NCBI GenBank assembly: GCA_963810275.1 | Contig: CAWENF010000025.1 | Span: 1 to 12,842 of the forward strand | Length of the DNA stretch: 12,842 nucleotides | Direction of reading: 5' to 3' | Source of the DNA: an uncultured archaeon | Lineage (GTDB): Archaea > Thermoproteota > Bathyarchaeia > Bathyarchaeales > Bathycorpusculaceae | Part shown: positions 8,614-12,842 of the stretch, one piece after another | Layout: each line of letters starts with the position of its first letter | How positions within the stretch are numbered: the first letter of the stretch is position 1 | The notes under the pieces: model-generated | Database searches by the model: none | The model's input: only the letters and a program-made list of their open reading frames with translations | What the model was told of the DNA's origin: nothing | Position numbers and translations under genes: made by a program

Positions 8614-9599
8614 CAATATTCCTTATTTTGTTTTATCGTATGATTATTAGTATTTTGGGTGATGAGGGCAAGTTTATCAATTAGGGCGCAAGTCATCACT
8701 GGAAGCACCATTGTAGCGTCGCCTTCTATCATGATGCGTTTGGCTTTTTCGCTGATTTTACCCCACGAAACCGCTTCACGTGGTCGGGCGCCACTGAGGC
8801 TGCCGTCCCACTCGTCCGCTGTGCTGATATACACCACGTAGTCTAAACCGTCTTTGAATTGGTTCCACCAAATCGTGTGGTGTTTGCTGATGCCGCCGCC
8901 AACAATTAAAGCGCCCGTCTTTTTTGAGTCGAACATGAGGTCGCTTAGCATGCCTTCATCCTTTAGCAAATTGATGCGGAAATCTTTGTGATCTTGACTA
9001 AACATCCATAGCTGATACCCGACTGAGCCGTCGGTTATTCCTGGAACGTGAATGGGTATACCGTGTTTGGCTGCCCAGTACAAAATCGAGGATTCGTCGC
9101 AGAGGCGCAGCCCGATTTCTCGGGATAGTTCGGTTGTGGAGAGTTCTTTTTTGCCTTCTTTGTAGAGGTCTGTTAGCATGGCTTGCATTTTCTTCTCTAA
9201 GATTATGCCGTAGCTGTCGTTTGGAACCAGTACGTTGCCTAATCTGTTGACTCCTTCTTTGTGGAGTTTGGAGTCGCTCATTATGAAGCTGCCTTTGTAA
9301 TAGTCTTTGAAGCAGCGGGCGACGTCGTGGTCAAGGGTGCCGCAAGTTGTGATGATTACGTCTACTAATTTGCGTTTGACGAGTTCGCGGATGACGCCAC
9401 GGGTGCCAGTGGCGATGATGTCGGCGGTGAAAGAGAGGAATTTGACGCATTTCTTGTCCTCAATCATAGCCTCCATAATGTTGACGCCTGTCGCTAGTTT
9501 GCCAGCAGTAAAGCCCCACGCCTGCTCCATCTGCCCAACTAGCTCGTCAACAGTCATGTTTTCGGTTAATTTGTAATCTTTTACTGGAATCTTCGCCAT
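8613..9599 (-). CDS. dys: Deoxyhypusine synthase, canonical archaeal type (aIF5A modification)
   Basis: ITTCGTLDHD, GVNRLGNVLVPNDSY, VPGITDGSVG, GGGISKHH, WDGSLSGARPREAVSWGK (catalytic Lys), IEGDAT. The start is most likely one of the ATGs at 9599, 9605 or 9611 rather than 9638. Confidence 0.93.
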   Translation of the reverse strand: MAKIPVKDYKLTENMTVDELVGQMEQAWGFTAGKLATGVNIMEAMIEDKKCVKFLSFTADIIATGTRGVIRELVKRKLVDVIITTCGTLDHDVARCFKDYYKGSFIMSDSKLHKEGVNRLGNVLVPNDSYGIILEKKMQAMLTDLYKEGKKELSTTELSREIGLRLCDESSILYWAAKHGIPIHVPGITDGSVGYQLWMFSQDHKDFRINLLKDEGMLSDLMFDSKKTGALIVGGGISKHHTIWWNQFKDGLDYVVYISTADEWDGSLSGARPREAVSWGKISEKAKRIMIEGDATMVLPVMTCALIDKLALITQNTNNHTIKQNKEY

Positions 9600-9738
9600 A
9601 CTCATTTTCATTCTAAGGGTTACCCACGAATCAATCACTGAAGCTTACATAAAAATATTCATATTCACAAAAACCAGCCTAACAAAAAGGGCAGAAACAT
9701 TTTTGCCTCGGACCAGACTGTTCTATTTTTGATTAACC

Positions 9739-10224
9739 ATGAAGAGGAAACAGCGCATTCGCAGAGCAACCGCAGACGACATCAATGAAATCGAAGCAAT
9801 CGAGAAGCAGTGCTTCACCGGAGCCACAGCCTACCCCAAACCCCAACTTGCGTACCTGATTTTAAAGGCTAATAGCATTTGCCTGCTTGAGGACAGCCCC
9901 GAAGGCATACACGGGTTTATCGTGGCGCTTTTCCGCAGAGGAACAAGTGTAGGGTACTTAGAAACACTTGACGTTGACCCTCGATTCCAAAAGATGGGTG
10001 TTGGGCACAGACTGCTGACTGCAGCTGAAGCTGAGATTGAAAAACGCGGCTGCCTATTTTCTCAGTTGGAAGTCTCTGAAGGCAACAAAGCCGCCATATC
10101 ACTTTACGGAAAAACAGGATACAAACTGAAAACGCGGCTGCCAAACTACTACTGCTACATACACTGCGGGACTCGCGACGCGGTGCGTATGGTTAAATCG
10201 TTGAATCCTGCTTTGAAGCCTTGA
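9739..10224 (+). CDS. GNAT N-acetyltransferase, RimI/Ard1-like
   Basis: IRRATADD, acetyl-CoA-binding motif A LDVDPRFQKMGVGHRLL, LEVSEGNKAAISLYGKTGY, RLPNYY...DAVRM. Confidence 0.9.
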   Translation: MKRKQRIRRATADDINEIEAIEKQCFTGATAYPKPQLAYLILKANSICLLEDSPEGIHGFIVALFRRGTSVGYLETLDVDPRFQKMGVGHRLLTAAEAEIEKRGCLFSQLEVSEGNKAAISLYGKTGYKLKTRLPNYYCYIHCGTRDAVRMVKSLNPALKP

Positions 10225-11644
10225 ACCATTGGTCGCAAGCTAGTTCGCTGTATCCGTTGGTGTACCGCTCGATTATGTCCATCAAAGCAGGACGGAATTG
10301 TTCAGGAACCAATGCCAAGTCGCCGGTCTGCTTATAAAGATGGATAGATTCCACATGCGCATGCTCCTTTCCCTGAATCGGAACCTTGTTTCTGCTGCAT
10401 AAATACGCCGCATGCTCTTTTTCGTCCTCATCCAGCCGCAAACCGCCTTCAAAAAACCGTTTAGGGAAGAGTTCGATGTCTTTTTGGCTATAATTCATCT
10501 TCAAAGGCGAAACTCTGTTGGCTTGCAAAAACAGCTGGATACCTATGCATTTGCTGCATTCGCCGCAGGGCACCACTTCGCTGCCGACTAAGCAGCAACT
10601 ATGGCAACTCCGTTGGTAAGCAGCAATCTGAGGATACCGCTGGGTCAGAATACGCTCGACGATTAAGCCTGAGATTGGGCGGACAGCGCTCCACTGTCTC
10701 ATGCCGGGTAAACACTTCTGGTACCACTGCTCCATCCGCAAATCGTAGTCTTGAGTTTGGTCATACACACCAAAGTAATGCTTGATGCCCTTGTAGTCTG
10801 GTGCACTTCTTGGGTCGTCAAATTCGTTGCCAATAAGCAAGTTGCCGATGCCTTTGGCTGCAAAGACTGGTAGCAAGTAGAAGACGTAGACGGGGAAAAT
10901 GCAGAGGCGAATCGGGTAAGTGTCAAGCCAAACCTTTCGGTGGTCGGAGCGGATAATTTTGAGGTGGTCAAGCATGAAGACATATAAGCGGTCCACGTTT
11001 AGCCACACCCGCATAGTATTCGGCTCAACTTGTTGGTGGTATCGATAAGCAGCTATGGCGGTGCGCCAGTGTCCTCCGCTTTCGTTGACGTAGATGGGGT
11101 AAACGTTTGCTCCTGTCTCTTTTAGCATGGCGTATGTGAGGAGGCTTTCTTTGCCGCCGCTTGAAAGCACTCCACACGATTTAGAATCCAAATCTTTGCA
11201 GATGGCTTCTTCAACCGTTAAGGTTTTTGGGATGATTTTTGCTCTGGCTTTAGCGTTCTCCTCCGTAATTTCACCTTCAGTTGGCACGTACTGGGGTAAG
11301 ATGTATGGGTTTTTTCGGCGCACAAATTTGTTGATTAAAATATCCTTACTGAAGATGTCGAGGAGGTCTTTTAGCATTAGGTAATCGGCTTCGCTTACGG
11401 GGTAGTTGAGGCGGATTTCATCAGCGAATAGCCCATAGTTAAGCAGAGGCATTGCCCCCGCCAACCGTAGAAGAGGCAAATCCTCCTCTGAAAGCGCAAT
11501 GGGGTATTTGGCTTGAAGCATAAAACAGCTTTTTTTGCCTCCGAGGTCTTCTATCTCGATTTGTGTGGTGACTGCTTTTCCCTTTATTTGGGGTTCAGAA
11601 ACCGCGATGCTTTGAACGCAAAGCAGGTTCAAGTTATTCACCAT
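10193..11644 (-). CDS. Uncharacterised PP-loop (adenine nucleotide alpha-hydrolase) protein with a C-terminal Cys cluster, QueC/MurL-like
   Basis: GVLSSGGKESLL PP-loop variant, LLIGNEFD, and SCHSC-x8-CGECSKC putative metal site. About 484 aa; its start (11641/11644/11647) overlaps the DUF1611 stop. Confidence 0.7.
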   Translation of the reverse strand: MVNNLNLLCVQSIAVSEPQIKGKAVTTQIEIEDLGGKKSCFMLQAKYPIALSEEDLPLLRLAGAMPLLNYGLFADEIRLNYPVSEADYLMLKDLLDIFSKDILINKFVRRKNPYILPQYVPTEGEITEENAKARAKIIPKTLTVEEAICKDLDSKSCGVLSSGGKESLLTYAMLKETGANVYPIYVNESGGHWRTAIAAYRYHQQVEPNTMRVWLNVDRLYVFMLDHLKIIRSDHRKVWLDTYPIRLCIFPVYVFYLLPVFAAKGIGNLLIGNEFDDPRSAPDYKGIKHYFGVYDQTQDYDLRMEQWYQKCLPGMRQWSAVRPISGLIVERILTQRYPQIAAYQRSCHSCCLVGSEVVPCGECSKCIGIQLFLQANRVSPLKMNYSQKDIELFPKRFFEGGLRLDEDEKEHAAYLCSRNKVPIQGKEHAHVESIHLYKQTGDLALVPEQFRPALMDIIERYTNGYSELACDQWFKASKQDSTI

Positions 11645-12695
11645 CACGAAGCGCTTCTAATGCATCCGCCAACTTCGCCACTCCATCCCACACTGGGTCC
11701 TCAACTGGCACTTGGAACCTTCGGTGAATGTCTCGTTTAACGGCTTTAACTTCCTCGGGGGTTATGTGTTCGTGGTTTATGCTTATACCCACCAGCGGTT
11801 TACCAGATAGCAACTTAGCCAGCTTGACTACTCTGCGGGTGTCAGGCATCTGGTAGTCGGGAAAACCGTCAAGGTAGGGGCGGCCCGGAGCGTCCTGCAT
11901 GATGAAGCCGTGTATTTGTCCAGCTGCCATGATTTCGAAGCCGCCAGGAAAAAACGGATGCAGAAGACTGCCCTGGCCCTCAATAAGCATGAACTCTGGC
12001 TCGCCATCTTTCCAAGAATCGATGATGGCGCCTTCTATGCCGCCTGACACGAAATCGTTAATCATAGCATCCAAGACGACGCCGTGGGGCCAGCCCTGCA
12101 TCCAGCCTGTCTGACCTGTGAAAATCATGTCTGCTATGCGACCGCGTCTTTGGAGTTCATTGACCAGCAACACAGCGGTGGTGCGTTTACCGATGGCTGA
12201 GTCCGTGCCTAAAACGGCGATTCGGGTGGCGTTTACTTTGCAGATTTCGCCCGTGTAGAAACGTTTGTGGTCACGGAACAGTTTGCGGACATCAGTGATT
12301 GTGCAGCCGTTTCTGGAAGCGGTTTTGGCAAATTCTGGGATGTCGGATATGAACTGGTGCAACCCCGAAACCACGTTTAACCCATGTTCCAGCGCGTACT
12401 TGACGGCTTTATCATAGCCCTCAGGCAACACGCCGCCCTCCGAAACTGCGCCGACAACAAACGTTTCAGGCTTAGTTTTCTGTACGGCTTCCTCTAAGCT
12501 GTGAAAAAGGGGAATGTCCCGGTGTTTGCCCTCTAAAATCTCGCCTGCGTCCCCTTCTTCTGGCACAGTGGAATCCACCACCGCAGCGACTTGGTATCGC
12601 CTGGTGTAGCGTACTAAGCCATGAGCGGTTTTACCATTAGCGTTTAGGAACTCGCTCTCGCAGTACACTACTGCTTTCTGGGGCATGGCGGTCAC
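11634..12695 (-). CDS. DUF1611-family P-loop protein (DgcN-like; the characterised member is a D-glutamate N-acetyltransferase)
   Basis: GKTAHGLVRY, GLNVVSGLHQF, DVRK, VLGTDSAIGKRTT, FTGQTG, IEGQGSLLHP are DUF1611 signatures. The GTG start overlaps the upstream stop (GTGA); alternative ATG at 12686. Confidence 0.9.
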   Translation of the reverse strand: MTAMPQKAVVYCESEFLNANGKTAHGLVRYTRRYQVAAVVDSTVPEEGDAGEILEGKHRDIPLFHSLEEAVQKTKPETFVVGAVSEGGVLPEGYDKAVKYALEHGLNVVSGLHQFISDIPEFAKTASRNGCTITDVRKLFRDHKRFYTGEICKVNATRIAVLGTDSAIGKRTTAVLLVNELQRRGRIADMIFTGQTGWMQGWPHGVVLDAMINDFVSGGIEGAIIDSWKDGEPEFMLIEGQGSLLHPFFPGGFEIMAAGQIHGFIMQDAPGRPYLDGFPDYQMPDTRRVVKLAKLLSGKPLVGISINHEHITPEEVKAVKRDIHRRFQVPVEDPVWDGVAKLADALEALRDGE

Positions 12696-12842
12696 GCTTT
12701 GCGCCCCGTCAAAATAACTACGTAGCGGTCGCTTGGGTACGCTTCTTTCTTGTGCCTGTCAAGCATTGCGATTAGACCCGCGGTGGAGGCTGGAAGCACG
12801 TTTAAACCTTCCTTGTCGCGGATTAAACGGGAATAATCCCGC
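12692..12842 (-). CDS. 3' end of a second threonine synthase-like PLP enzyme (copy 2); 5' part lies outside the window
   Basis: Not in the ORF track. Manual translation RDYSRLIRDKEGLNVLPASTAGLIAMLDRHKKEAYPSDRYVVILTGRKA* matches the last 49 aa of the 7471-8613 protein at 38 of 49 positions with no gaps. Confidence 0.92.
   Translation of the reverse strand, partial: RDYSRLIRDKEGLNVLPASTAGLIAMLDRHKKEAYPSDRYVVILTGRKA

Noticed and set aside
10193-11644. Assigning queC or murL
   Set aside because: Only motif-level resemblance; the length does not fit QueC and there is no que or mur gene context.
4216-12114. Remaining short nested or antisense ORFs in the track (e.g. 4216..4464, 6854..7150, 9307..9576, 10699..10983, 11899..12114)
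   Set aside because: All overlap longer motif-supported genes and show no independent coding evidence.
1-12842. tRNA, rRNA, CRISPR array, transposase or integrase
   Set aside because: Intergenic gaps are short, and none shows a cloverleaf, regularly spaced repeats or recombinase motifs by eye.

Overview
Archaeal chromosomal window; gene content, GGAG/AGGTG ribosome-binding sites and oligo-T terminators suggest an archaeon, possibly Bathyarchaeia (inference). Left to right: the 5' part of a histone-deacetylase-family gene missing from the ORF track (minus strand), argS, a multiply disrupted pseudogene for a secreted protein with a QxxDGGW motif, and a divergent deoxyhypusine-synthase-like gene. 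Next is an AT-richer minus-strand block (M14 zinc peptidase, enolase-superfamily dipeptide epimerase, threonine-synthase-like PLP enzyme) coupled behind a canonical archaeal deoxyhypusine synthase. Then come a RimI-like GNAT and a second minus-strand operon: a PP-loop/Cys-cluster (QueC/MurL-like) protein, a DUF1611/DgcN-like protein and the 3' end of a second copy of the PLP enzyme, also missing from the ORF track. The most interesting feature is this split cluster with a duplicated PLP enzyme, which looks like an uncharacterised D-amino-acid / N-acyl-amino-acid pathway interleaved with two DHS paralogues. No RNA genes, CRISPR arrays or transposases were seen. All calls come from motif reading, not database searches.
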